From positions 70,257 to 134,256 of the forward strand of contig JALHMS010000010.1 in the NCBI GenBank assembly GCA_022843925.1: a stretch of 64,000 nucleotides of DNA, given 5' to 3'. Within the stretch, counting starts at the first letter, position 1. Each line of letters begins with the position of its first letter. Source of the stretch: Burkholderiales bacterium (GTDB taxonomy: Bacteria > Pseudomonadota > Gammaproteobacteria > Burkholderiales > Ga0077523). The notes under the pieces were generated by a model. It did not search any database. It was given only the letters and a program-made list of their open reading frames with translations, and was not told where the DNA came from. The translations under genes and the position numbers were made by a program. This document shows positions 19,083 through 28,347 of the stretch, piece after piece.

Positions 19083-20348
19083 ATGAGCAAGCCAGCGGCC
19101 CTCATCCAGTGGATCGACGAGCGCTTCCCGCTCACGGCCAACTGGAAGGCGCACCTCTCCGAGTACTACGCGCCGAAGAACTTCAACTTCTGGTACTACT
19201 TCGGATCCCTCGCGCTTCTGGTGCTGGTGATCCAGGTGCTGTCCGGGATCTTCCTCACCATGCACTACAAGCCGGACGCTGCACTCGCGTTCGGTTCGGT
19301 CGAATACATCATGCGCGACGTCCCCTGGGGATGGCTGGTGCGCTACATCCACTCGACCGGTGCCTCGATGTTCTTCATCGTGGTCTACCTGCACATGCTG
19401 CGCGGCCTGCTGTACGGGTCGTACCGCAAACCTCGCGAACTCATCTGGATCTTCGGCATGCTGATCTACCTCTGCCTGATGGCGGAGGCGTTCTTCGGCT
19501 ACCTGCTTCCGTGGGGCCAGATGTCGTACTGGGGCGCACAGGTGATCGTGAACCTCTTCGCCGCAGTGCCGTTCGTCGGTGAAGACCTGTCGGTCTGGAT
19601 CCGCGGCGACTACGTCGTCGGCGACGCCACGCTGAACCGCTTCTTCGCCTTCCACGTGATCGCGATCCCGCTCGTCCTGATCGGCCTCGTCGCCGCGCAC
19701 ATCATCGCGCTGCACGAGGTGGGCTCCAACAATCCGGACGGCATCGACATCAAGAAGAAGAAGGACCCGAAGACCGGTATCCCGCTCGACGGCATCCCGT
19801 TCCACCCGTACTACACAGTGAAGGACATCGTGGGCGTGGTCGTCTTCCTGATGGTCTTCACGATCGTCGTGTTCTTCATGCCCGAAGTCGGCGGCTACTT
19901 CCTCGAGTACAACAACTTCATCCCCGCCGACCCGATGAAGACCCCTCCGCACATCGCGCCGGTCTGGTACTTCACGCCGTACTACGCGATGTTGCGTGCG
20001 GTCCCGGCCATGTTCGGATCGCAGTTCCCGGGCGTGATCGTGATGGGTGCCGGTGTCGTGATCTTCTTCCTCCTGCCGTGGCTCGATCGCGGCAAGGTGC
20101 GGTCGATCCGCTACCGCGGCCCGCTCTTCCGCGGCTGGCTCTACGTGTTCATCGTGAGCTTCGTGATCCTGGGCTGGCTCGGTGTGAAGCCCACCGACTT
20201 CCTCGGCAAGGTGGGTTCGACCGATCTCGAATGGGCGACCCTCCTGGCGCGGATCTTCACGATCGTCTACTTCCTGTTCTTCCTGCTGATGCCCTTCTAC
20301 ACGGCCATCGATCGCGAACAACCCGAACCCGACCGTGTGACGGGATAA
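19083..20348 (+). CDS. petB: Cytochrome b
   Basis: 421 aa polytopic protein. Typical cytochrome b sequence (YYAPKNFNFWYYFGSLA, RYIHSTGASMFF, WGAQVI, PEWYF-like PVWYFTPYYA). Confidence 0.95.
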   Translation: MSKPAALIQWIDERFPLTANWKAHLSEYYAPKNFNFWYYFGSLALLVLVIQVLSGIFLTMHYKPDAALAFGSVEYIMRDVPWGWLVRYIHSTGASMFFIVVYLHMLRGLLYGSYRKPRELIWIFGMLIYLCLMAEAFFGYLLPWGQMSYWGAQVIVNLFAAVPFVGEDLSVWIRGDYVVGDATLNRFFAFHVIAIPLVLIGLVAAHIIALHEVGSNNPDGIDIKKKKDPKTGIPLDGIPFHPYYTVKDIVGVVVFLMVFTIVVFFMPEVGGYFLEYNNFIPADPMKTPPHIAPVWYFTPYYAMLRAVPAMFGSQFPGVIVMGAGVVIFFLLPWLDRGKVRSIRYRGPLFRGWLYVFIVSFVILGWLGVKPTDFLGKVGSTDLEWATLLARIFTIVYFLFFLLMPFYTAIDREQPEPDRVTG

Positions 20349-20352
20349 CGCC

Positions 20353-21099
20353 ATGAAACTACTCGAGCGACTCATTGCAATCGCGGCGCTGGTACCCACG
20401 TTGGCCTTCGCCAATGTGGAGGTTCCGCTGGATACCGCGCCCATCGACACGGGCGACACGGCATCCCTGCAGAACGGCGCCAAGCTGTTCGTCAACCATT
20501 GCCTGAACTGCCATGCCGCATCCCACATGCGGTACAACCGCCTGACCGACCTCGGACTGACGGAACAGCAGATCAAGGACAACCTCATGTTCACCACCGA
20601 GAAGATCGGTGATCACATGAAGGTGGCCATGAGCGCGAAGGACGCCGCCAAGTGGTTCGGCGCGCAACCGCCGGACCTCTCGGTGATCGCCCGTTCGCGC
20701 GGCGCCGACTGGCTCTACACGTACCTGCGCACGTTCTACCGCGACGACACCCGCGCCACCGGCTGGAACAACGTCGCCTTCCCGAACGTCGGCATGCCGC
20801 ACGTGCTGGCGGAACTGCAGGGCGAGCTGGTGATGGAGGAGCACAAGGCCGCGGAAGGCGGGGAAGGAGCCCACGGCGCGTCCCACGAACCGCCCAAGCT
20901 CGTGCTCGCCCAGGCCGGCTCGATGACGCTGAAACAGTACGACGCCGCCATCGCCGACCTCGTCAACTACCTCGTCTACATGGGCGAGCCTGCCCGCAAC
21001 AGCCGTGTGCAGATCGGCATGATGACGCTGCTCTTCCTCGGCGTTCTGCTCGTCTTCGCCTACGTACTCAAGAAAGAATACTGGAAGGACGTGCACTGA
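20353..21099 (+). CDS. petC: Cytochrome c1
   Basis: Signal peptide, CLNCH heme motif, PPDLS and a C-terminal membrane anchor. Confidence 0.9.
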   Translation: MKLLERLIAIAALVPTLAFANVEVPLDTAPIDTGDTASLQNGAKLFVNHCLNCHAASHMRYNRLTDLGLTEQQIKDNLMFTTEKIGDHMKVAMSAKDAAKWFGAQPPDLSVIARSRGADWLYTYLRTFYRDDTRATGWNNVAFPNVGMPHVLAELQGELVMEEHKAAEGGEGAHGASHEPPKLVLAQAGSMTLKQYDAAIADLVNYLVYMGEPARNSRVQIGMMTLLFLGVLLVFAYVLKKEYWKDVH

Positions 21100-21142
21100 G
21101 CTCCGCTCTGCACGCACCTCACCGGCACAGGGAGATCGTTCG

Positions 21143-21742
21143 ATGATGACGCTTTATTCGGGTACCACGTGCCCGTTCAGCCAGCGCTGCCGGATCGTGC
21201 TCTACGAGAAGGGCATGGACTTCCAGATTCACGACGTGGATCTCTTCAACAAGCCCGAGGACCTCGCGGTGATGAACCCGTACAACCGCACCCCGGTGCT
21301 GGTCGAACGGGATCTCGTCCTGTACGAGTCCAACATCATCAACGAGTACATCGACGACCGCTTCCCGCATCCGCAACTGATGCCCGCGGACCCGGTGATG
21401 CGCGCCCGCGCACGGCTCTTTCTCTTCCGCTTCGAGAACGAACTCTTCTCGAACATCGAAGCGCTGGAGAAGGGGAACCAGAAGCAGGCCGAGAAGGCCC
21501 GCCAGGTCGTGCGCGACAGCCTCACGCAGATCGCCCCGGTGTTCAACAAGCAGAAGTTCATGCTGGGCGACGAGTACTCCATGCTCGACGTGGCCATCGC
21601 GCCGTTGCTATGGCGCCTGGATTACTACGGCGTGCAGATCCCGAAGCAGGCAGCGCCGCTGCTGAAGTACGCCGAGCGCCTGTTCAGCCGCCCCGCGTAC
21701 ATCGAAGCGCTGACGCCCGCCGAGAAGGTGATGCGCAAGTGA
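21143..21742 (+). CDS. sspA: Stringent starvation protein A (GST-like)
   Basis: MTLYSGTTCPFSQRCRIVLYEKG...YESNIINEYIDDRFPHPQLMP is typical SspA. Confidence 0.9.
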   Translation: MMTLYSGTTCPFSQRCRIVLYEKGMDFQIHDVDLFNKPEDLAVMNPYNRTPVLVERDLVLYESNIINEYIDDRFPHPQLMPADPVMRARARLFLFRFENELFSNIEALEKGNQKQAEKARQVVRDSLTQIAPVFNKQKFMLGDEYSMLDVAIAPLLWRLDYYGVQIPKQAAPLLKYAERLFSRPAYIEALTPAEKVMRK

Positions 21743-22161
21743 CACCGGCCTCCACCACGCCCTACCTGATCCGCGCGATCTACGAGTGGTGCGTGGATGG
21801 CGGCTTCACGCCATACCTCGCCGTGAAGGTGAACGCGCGCACGCGAGTGCCGATGGAGTTCGTCCGCAACGGCGAGATCGTTCTCAACGTGAGTGCAGAC
21901 GCGACACGCAACCTCACCATCGGCAACGACGGCATCCAGTTCTCGGCACGCTTCAGCGGCACGTCGCGCGAGCTGTCCATCCCGATCGACGCCGTGACCG
22001 GCATCTTCGCGAAGGAAAACGGCCAGGGCCTGGCCTTCCCACAGACCGACGACACCCCCGAGATCATGGGCGACGGCGAGTCCGAAGAAGACCAGTCCCC
22101 ACCCGACGACCCGCCGACCCCGCCCCCAAGCGGCCGGCCCAAGCTCCAGGTCGTGAAGTAG
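21739..22161 (+). CDS. sspB: Stringent starvation protein B (ClpXP adaptor)
   Basis: GTG 21739 forms a GTGA overlap with the sspA stop. PYLIRAIYEWCVDGGFTPYL..., an acidic/Pro-rich tail and the C-terminal ClpX-binding-like RPKLQVVK. Confidence 0.9.
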   Translation: MTPASTTPYLIRAIYEWCVDGGFTPYLAVKVNARTRVPMEFVRNGEIVLNVSADATRNLTIGNDGIQFSARFSGTSRELSIPIDAVTGIFAKENGQGLAFPQTDDTPEIMGDGESEEDQSPPDDPPTPPPSGRPKLQVVK

Positions 22162-22217
22162 CACCCGACCGCTGGTTGCAGCACAGTGCTCGGTCGTATC
22201 ATTTCCCCGTCTTCAAA

Positions 22218-22292
22218 GCCGCTTTAGCTCAGGGGTAGAGCAACCGCCTTGTAAGCGGTAGGTCGTCAGTTCGAATCCGACAAGCGGCACCA
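22218..22292 (+). tRNA. tRNA-Thr (anticodon UGU), CCA encoded
   Basis: I folded the cloverleaf by hand: acceptor GCCGCTT/AAGCGGC, D arm GCTC-AGGGGTA-GAGC, anticodon arm ACCGC-CTTGTAA-GCGGT, variable AGGTC, T arm GTCAG-TTCGAAT-CCGAC (one A:C mismatch), discriminator A, then CCA. Confidence 0.9.
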
Positions 22293-22637
22293 ACCTCACG
22301 ATCCAGTGGCTTCTTGATCCGCTGGCTCCCCACGTTCGTTCGGCTCTTGGCGCTCTCTCAAAGCTGACCCGCACGAGATCACTGCCCGGCTCTGCAGCCT
22401 GGCGGTACGCAAGATCGACCCGCGACCGCGCGACCGCCCCCAGGGCTTCTCCCCGATCTCGCCTACAATCCCGCGTACTTCGCCGCCCCGTCCGCGTGCC
22501 GACGAGATGCCTCTTCGCGAGGGCGCCGCTCTGATCTGACCCCCTCGCCTCCGCAGCACCCATCCGACCAGCAATCAGCGTTGACCCGGGCAGGGGTACG
22601 ACCCGGGAACGTCAGCCGCCACCTTCAGGAGTTCCTG

Positions 22638-24221
22638 TTGAGAATTCGCATCACTGCCACGGGCGCGCTCGCCTGTACCCTTCTGTTCGCGCCGGCGGCC
22701 CACGCCGCGTCCGACCCCGACACCAACCGCTTCGAGCGTCGCTACGACCTGAACCTGAGTTTCAGACTGCCGCTCGACAAGGTCGCGAACGGCCAGGTCA
22801 TCGTCGACGTGAAGATGATCGCGAAGCTCTGGACGCTGATGGGCGAGCCGGTGGTCTACTGCAGCGCAAGCTGGACGCTGCGCAACGCCAATCTCACGCT
22901 CACGCGACGCGGTGAGTCGAGGGTGTTCCTGCGCGACGAGAGCATGCCGGCGTCGGTGTGGAAGGATGTCGATCTCATCGACGCGAAGTTCGCGATCCCG
23001 CTGGTGCGCAAGCCTTCGGGCAGCTCCCCCGAGAGGGCCTGGCTGCCCTGCGACATAGGGGCGACGAACGCGAACGGGGATCCGCGCGGATCGTTCACGG
23101 TGCCGGGTAGTCCGGACTGGAGTCGCCTGTTGCTCACGCCGGAACGCTTCCAGAACGTGAATCGACGGTGGAACGACGCCGCCAACTACATGACGGCCGC
23201 AGAGGCGAAGGCGTTCCTGAAATCGCCGGACACCTCGATGGAGACCGTCGGGCGCAATCTCGGTGTCTCGAACAGCTTTGTGCTCGAGATGCAGTTCAAC
23301 TTCTGGTCGCTGATCGGCTGGCAGGACGACCAGTACGCCGCGCAGGAAGAGAAGCGCGTGGCCGAGCGGGCTGCGGAACGCCGACGCGTCCGCGACATCA
23401 TCGCGGCGAAGCGTCCGGCGAAGTCGCCGCAGACTCCGAGCGAAGCGACGAAGCCCGGGAGCAACCTGCTCGACCCGTTCGATGCGATGGTGGAGGAGAT
23501 CGAGACCACCGAGGTGACTCGCGACGCCGAGGTGCGCAAGTCCGCCACCGCCCGCGAGTCGTCACAGACGGCGGCGCGGCAGGCGCAGCGGCGCCGCCAG
23601 CTGGCCGCACGCGGCTGTCACGGAAGCGACCCCGCGACGCTCGACGATCTCGGCGCCGCCGCCGAGCGCGCTGAAGCGGGCCACGCGAAGTGCAGCAGCG
23701 GCGCGGGTCTCGTGGCATTCCGCGATAAAGAGGCCCACCTCTACGGCTACAAGCGGCCCGATGGTTCGGTGCACATCGAACCGCGATTCGAGGAAGCCAA
23801 GAACTTCAGCGAAGGGCTGGGGCTGGTGAAGAGCACCGAGTGCGGCAAGTTCGCCTGCTACGTGAACGCGGAGGGCGCGATCGTCCTCCGGACCGAGTAC
23901 GAGCACGCAGAACCGTTCTCCAGCGGCCTCGCGTCAGTGCAGGACTCGAACAGCTACAAATACGGCTACATCGACCGCGAGGGACGTGTCGTGATCCCGC
24001 TTCAGTTCACCAACGCGTGGCCATTCGTGAACGGCGTCGCGTCGGTGGGTACGCTGTTGGAACAAACGCCGGTGGAATCCATCACGGTCGAAAACGTGTG
24101 CTGGGAGTACGGCACGACTGCATATGCCCAAGGCGAGATCTCGCCGACCGGTGCGTGGATCTCCGGTCCGACGGAGAGGCGTGATGAATACAAGCAGCTG
24201 TGCCCGACGAACAACCGATGA
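22638..24221 (+). CDS. Secreted WG-repeat (KWG-type) protein with unknown N-terminal domain
   Basis: Track ORF 22581..24221. The TTG at 22638 lies 7 nt after AGGAG and gives the signal peptide LRIRITATGALACTLLFAPAAHA/AS. The C-terminus has WG-type repeats (YGYKRPDGSVHIEPRFEEAKNFSEGLGLV, YGYIDREGRVVIPLQFTNAWPFVNGVASV). Confidence 0.75.
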   Translation: MRIRITATGALACTLLFAPAAHAASDPDTNRFERRYDLNLSFRLPLDKVANGQVIVDVKMIAKLWTLMGEPVVYCSASWTLRNANLTLTRRGESRVFLRDESMPASVWKDVDLIDAKFAIPLVRKPSGSSPERAWLPCDIGATNANGDPRGSFTVPGSPDWSRLLLTPERFQNVNRRWNDAANYMTAAEAKAFLKSPDTSMETVGRNLGVSNSFVLEMQFNFWSLIGWQDDQYAAQEEKRVAERAAERRRVRDIIAAKRPAKSPQTPSEATKPGSNLLDPFDAMVEEIETTEVTRDAEVRKSATARESSQTAARQAQRRRQLAARGCHGSDPATLDDLGAAAERAEAGHAKCSSGAGLVAFRDKEAHLYGYKRPDGSVHIEPRFEEAKNFSEGLGLVKSTECGKFACYVNAEGAIVLRTEYEHAEPFSSGLASVQDSNSYKYGYIDREGRVVIPLQFTNAWPFVNGVASVGTLLEQTPVESITVENVCWEYGTTAYAQGEISPTGAWISGPTERRDEYKQLCPTNNR

Positions 24222-25177
24222 ACATGACCATGACCCCGCTCAGAACACTCGCGATCGTCGCCATCGCAATCGGCCTCAGCGCCTGCGGCACGACCCAGTC
24301 GCAGTTCCGCGAGACACCCCAGGGCCCGGGCCTGACCTGGCGCGTCGACGAATCGAAGCAGTCGATCCTCGCGGCGCCCTCGGCGTCCCTGGAAGGCGAC
24401 ACGCTGCTGTTCCCCGTCGAGATCCGCCGGGTCGAGCGGGAGTTCGCGTTCGATGGTTTCGTGCGGGAGGCCCTGCACACGAAGAGCCCGGACGCCGTCG
24501 CCGCGGTGACTGGCAGCATCCTGACACTGGGAACGTACTGCCTGATCCGTACGGAGGAATGCTTCGGCGAGTCGACCGGATGGAGCGAGGCCCAGGAGAT
24601 CCGCCGCAACGAGCGGCCGACGGGGAACAGTCGCCCGCGCGTGGATCCGCACACAGAAGCCGTCACCGCGGACGTCCTGCTGCAGGGGAAGGACGCCGAC
24701 GGCACCGTGATGGGGTCCGTTCCGGCCGTCGTGGAGACAACCGACGGCACACTGCGCCTGCCGCTCACGAACCTGTTGCAGCAGTTCCCGCAGCGGCCGC
24801 GACACCTCGACGTGCTGGTCACGCTGCGCGACCCGGCAGCCGAGCCCTGGCATCTCGAGATCGGTCGCGAACAACTCGACCCCCTGGCGCTATCCGCCGA
24901 ACATTGGCTGCCACCCACCGAACGCCAGGCGCTGGCGATCGCGCGGCTCAAGCCGCAACTGCTGGCCGGCGACCATCGCGAGGCGCTGGCGAACTTCGCG
25001 CAGCTCGAAGCGCTGCCGGTCACGCTGCCGGTATCGTTCCACTTCATGTACGGCCGCAGCCTGCTGATGGCCGGCGAACGCAATCGCGGACGGGAGCAGA
25101 TGCAGAAGTATCTGGCCGCGGCGGGCGAGTCCGGGCTGTACGTCGCCGACGCGCGGGCGTTCCTGGGGGCGCCATGA
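24218..25177 (+). CDS. Lipoprotein of unknown function
   Basis: ATG 24218 forms an ATGA overlap with the upstream stop. Lipobox AIGLSAC. No recognisable domain. The C-terminus looks helical-repeat-like. Confidence 0.7.
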   Translation: MNMTMTPLRTLAIVAIAIGLSACGTTQSQFRETPQGPGLTWRVDESKQSILAAPSASLEGDTLLFPVEIRRVEREFAFDGFVREALHTKSPDAVAAVTGSILTLGTYCLIRTEECFGESTGWSEAQEIRRNERPTGNSRPRVDPHTEAVTADVLLQGKDADGTVMGSVPAVVETTDGTLRLPLTNLLQQFPQRPRHLDVLVTLRDPAAEPWHLEIGREQLDPLALSAEHWLPPTERQALAIARLKPQLLAGDHREALANFAQLEALPVTLPVSFHFMYGRSLLMAGERNRGREQMQKYLAAAGESGLYVADARAFLGAP

Positions 25178-25194
25178 TCGAGCGACCGGAGGTC

Positions 25195-26374
25195 CGTCTG
25201 CGTTGATCTCGTCGCAGCCCTTGTAGGAGGGGCCCATGGCCCCGAGAGCGATCGACGCGCGGAAACGCATCGACCGGAACAGACGCTTTCGCGGCCATGG
25301 GCCGCTCCTACAAAATGCGTGGCGGATTCCGACAGCGGGTGATGCACCACAGCCCTTGTAGGAGGGGCCCATGGCCTCGAAAGCGATTGACGCGAGGAAG
25401 CGCTTCGACCGGAACAGACGCTTTCGGGGCCATGGGCCGCTCCTGCAAAATGCGTGGCCGATTCCGGCAGCAGGTGATGCACCACAGCCCCTGTAGGAGG
25501 GGCCCATGGCCCCGAAACCGATCGACGCGAGAAAACGCATCGACCGGAACAGACGCTTTCGCGGCCATGGGCCGCTCCTACAAAATGCGTGGCCGATTCC
25601 GGCAGCAGGTGATGCACCACAGCCCCTGTAGGAGGGGCCCATGGCCCCGAGAGCGATCGACGCGAGGAAACGCTTCGACCGGAACAGACGCTTTCGCGGC
25701 CATGGGCCGCTCCTACAGAAAATAGTGGCGGATTCCGACAGCGGTTGATGCACCGCCCCCCCTGTAGGAGGGGTCCATGGCCCCGAAAGCGATCGACGCG
25801 AGGAAGCGCTTCGACCGGAACAGACGCTTTCGCGGCCATGGGCCGCTCCTGCAAAATGCGTGGCGGATTCCGGCAGCAGGCGATGCACCACAGCCCCTGT
25901 AGGAGGGGCCCATGGCCCCGAAAGCGATCGACGCGAGAAAACGCATCGACCGGAAAAGATGCTTTCGCGGCCATGGGCCGCTCCTACAGAAAATAGTGGC
26001 GGATTCCAACAGCGGTTGATGCACCGCCCCCCCTGTAGGAGGGGCCCATGGCCCCGAAAGCGATCGACGCGAGGAAACGCATCGACCGGAACAGATGCTT
26101 TCGCGGCCATGGGCCGCTCCTACAAAATGCTTGGCCGATTCCGACAGCAGGTGATGCGCCACAGCCCCCGTAGGAGGGGCCCATGGCCCCGAAAGCGATC
26201 GACGCGAGGAAGCGCTTCGACCGGAACAGACGCTTTCGCGGCCATGGGCAGCTCCTGCAAAATGCGTGGCGGATTCCGGCAGCAGGCGATGCACCACAGC
26301 CCCTGTAGGAGGGGCCCATGGCCCCGAAACCGATCGACACGAGGAAGCTCATCGACCGGAACAGACGCTTTCGC
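25195..26374. repeat. Tandem array of 9 x ~135-bp REPIN-like units (GTAGGAG-type REP doublets)
   Basis: Forward REP TGTAGGAGGGGCCCATGGCCCCGAAAGCG starts at 25221, 25356, 25491, 25626, 25762, 25897, 26033, 26168 and 26303. Each is followed by the inverted REP CGCTTTCGCGGCCATGGGCCGCTCCTAC. The last unit is truncated. Confidence 0.95.
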
Positions 26375-26450
26375 ACGCTTGCCAGGTCCCGTCACCCATC
26401 GCAGGCGTACAGTGGAGGCGTTCACGCCAACACCCAGCGCCCAACGACCC

Positions 26451-27494
26451 ATGAAGATTTCCGTACTCGACCAGTCCACCGCCTCGGCGGGACGTGGGCA
26501 GGATGCCGCCATCCGCGAGAGCATCGACCTCGCGCGCCACTGCGACCGCCTGGGCTATCACCGCTACTGGGTGTCGGAGCATCACAACAGCGAGAGCATC
26601 GTCGGGACGGCGCCTGAGGTGTTGATGGCGGCGATCGCAGCAACGACCACGCGCATCCGCGTCGGCAGTGCCGGCGTCATGCTTCCGCACTACGCGGCGC
26701 TGAAGGTGGCCGAGCAGTTCCGGGTGCTCGAAGCCATCGCGCCGGGCCGCATCGACCTCGGACTCGGGCGCGCACCGGGGTCCGACCGCCTCACGGCCCA
26801 CGCGCTGAATCCGTACTCGAACGCCGCCGACGAGTTTCCGCGGCAGGTGCAGGAGCTGCAGGCCTGGGTGGCCGGTGAGCCGCTGCCGGACAACCATCCG
26901 TTCCGGTCGATCCGCGCGCATCCGATGGGGTCGACGGAACCACAGATCTGGATTCTCGGCAGCTCGGACTACGGTGCGCAGCTCGCCGCGCATTTCGGGT
27001 TGCCCTACGCGTACGCGTATTTCTTCAGCGATGGCCGTGGCGTGGAGCAGGCACTCGATCTCTATCGGCGCTACTACCGCGCGAGCGATCGGCATCCGAC
27101 GCCGCAGCCGACCATCTGCGTGTGGGCGCTGGCGGCGGACACCGAGGCGGAGGCGAAGCGGCTAGCGACGACGCGCGAGTACTGGCGTGTCGGCTTCGAA
27201 CAGGGGCTCCGCAATCCGCTGGTGTCGCCCGAGGATGCCATGGCGCATCCGTACTCCGCAGCCGAGATGGCGACGGTCACGGCGATGCGCAGCAAGGCCT
27301 TCGTCGGGACCGGACCGCAGGTGGCGGAGAAGCTGCACGCGCTGGCGCGTCGCCTCGATCTCGACGAGCTGGTGATCAACACCTGGACCCACGACCCCGT
27401 GCCGCGCCACCGTTCGTACGAGTTGCTCGCGGACGCTTTCGATCTGGGCGGCACCGCGCGCTCTGCGGTGCAGCCCGAGACAGCGCCTGCGTAG
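26451..27494 (+). CDS. Luciferase-like (LLM class) flavin-dependent oxidoreductase
   Basis: Start at ATG 26451 (MKISVLDQS...). YHRYWVSEHHN and RIDLGLGRAPGSD are typical LLM motifs. The track ORF 25860..27494 is extended artificially through the repeat array. Confidence 0.85.
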   Translation: MKISVLDQSTASAGRGQDAAIRESIDLARHCDRLGYHRYWVSEHHNSESIVGTAPEVLMAAIAATTTRIRVGSAGVMLPHYAALKVAEQFRVLEAIAPGRIDLGLGRAPGSDRLTAHALNPYSNAADEFPRQVQELQAWVAGEPLPDNHPFRSIRAHPMGSTEPQIWILGSSDYGAQLAAHFGLPYAYAYFFSDGRGVEQALDLYRRYYRASDRHPTPQPTICVWALAADTEAEAKRLATTREYWRVGFEQGLRNPLVSPEDAMAHPYSAAEMATVTAMRSKAFVGTGPQVAEKLHALARRLDLDELVINTWTHDPVPRHRSYELLADAFDLGGTARSAVQPETAPA

Positions 27495-27503
27495 CGCTTG
27501 CGG

Positions 27504-28175
27504 TCAGCCCCGACCTGCCAGCGCCTTCGCCACCGCCTCGTCCACCCACTGCCGATCGAGCGTCCCCGCGGCGATGGCCGCGTGGGTCTCACCCTCCCGC
27601 GTTCGCAACTGGTCCGCGCCCGCCAGCGCACGCTCGACGTCCTCCGGGCGGATCACGACCAGGCCGTCGATGTCGCCCACGATGATGTCGCCCGGGTTCA
27701 CGGTCATCCCGCCCACCGTCACCGGCACGTGGATCTCGCCGGGCCCCACGCGCGTCGGGCCCTTCGGCGAGATGCCGCGAGCGTAGATCGGCAAGTCGTG
27801 CGACGAGATGTCCGCGAGGTCGCGGATCGCGCCGTCGATCACGAAGCCCGCCACACCGCGCCGCGTGGCCCACGCGCTGACGATGTCGCCGACGACGGCG
27901 ATGTCGAGCGAGCCGCCGACGTCGACCACGATGACGTCGCCCGGCTGCGCGAGATCCACCGCCTTCTGGATGAAGAGGTTGTCGCCGGGCGGGAGACGCA
28001 CCGTGAGCGCGGGGCCGCAGAGGTTGCCCTTGCGATGCATCGGCCGGAGCACGCCCGTGGCGCCATCGGCGCGACGCAGCGCGTCGGAGAGATGCGACAC
28101 GGCGTGAGCGCCGAGTGCTGCGACGATGGCGGGGTCGGGCCGCGCGGGTGCGGGGAGAATTCGGGCGAGGGACAT
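27504..28175 (-). CDS. RraA-family protein (putative 4-hydroxy-4-methyl-2-oxoglutarate aldolase/oxaloacetate decarboxylase)
   Basis: Start at ATG 28175 (MSLARILPAP). GDVIVVD...GDIVSAWATRRGVAGFVIDGAIRD is typical of the RraA/HMG aldolase family. Confidence 0.8.
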   Translation of the reverse strand: MSLARILPAPARPDPAIVAALGAHAVSHLSDALRRADGATGVLRPMHRKGNLCGPALTVRLPPGDNLFIQKAVDLAQPGDVIVVDVGGSLDIAVVGDIVSAWATRRGVAGFVIDGAIRDLADISSHDLPIYARGISPKGPTRVGPGEIHVPVTVGGMTVNPGDIIVGDIDGLVVIRPEDVERALAGADQLRTREGETHAAIAAGTLDRQWVDEAVAKALAGRG

Positions 28176-28347
28176 GCGGATCTCCGGGAGACGTACGACT
28201 GGGCTGCGACGCACGGAGGATGACATCCGGCGCGAGGCGCTGTCACCCATCGCCACGGACCGGTGTCGTGCAGCACAATCCGGGGAGCCTCCTCGCAGTC
28301 TGCGCGCCGCACAGCGCGGCAGCGGGCCACCCTCCCCGGAGAACCCC

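Noticed and set aside
25195-26374. Regularly spaced repeats that could be mistaken for a CRISPR array. The same applies to 46846-47212 and 60699-61410.
   Set aside because: The sequences between the repeated cores are themselves conserved from unit to unit, so there are no unique spacers. The repeats occur in inverted pairs, the period (114-136 bp) is about twice that of CRISPR, and no cas genes are present. The structure fits REP/REPIN tandem arrays.
22293-26450. Integrated mobile element or genomic island at tRNA-Thr.
   Set aside because: There is no integrase, transposase or phage gene. I noticed no direct repeat of the tRNA 3' end, and base composition looks like the surroundings. I kept it only as an accessory-module observation.
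24082-26524. Long ORFs running through the repeat array on both strands (for example 24082..25974, 24890..26110, 25713..26297, 25297..25725 and the 5' part of 25860..27494), which encode reiterated GPWPRKR / RGHGPLLQG peptides.
   Set aside because: They are translation artefacts of a GC-rich tandem repeat. Several frames on both strands are open simultaneously. The peptides are low-complexity and periodic, and the real neighbouring genes have clear starts and stops outside the array.
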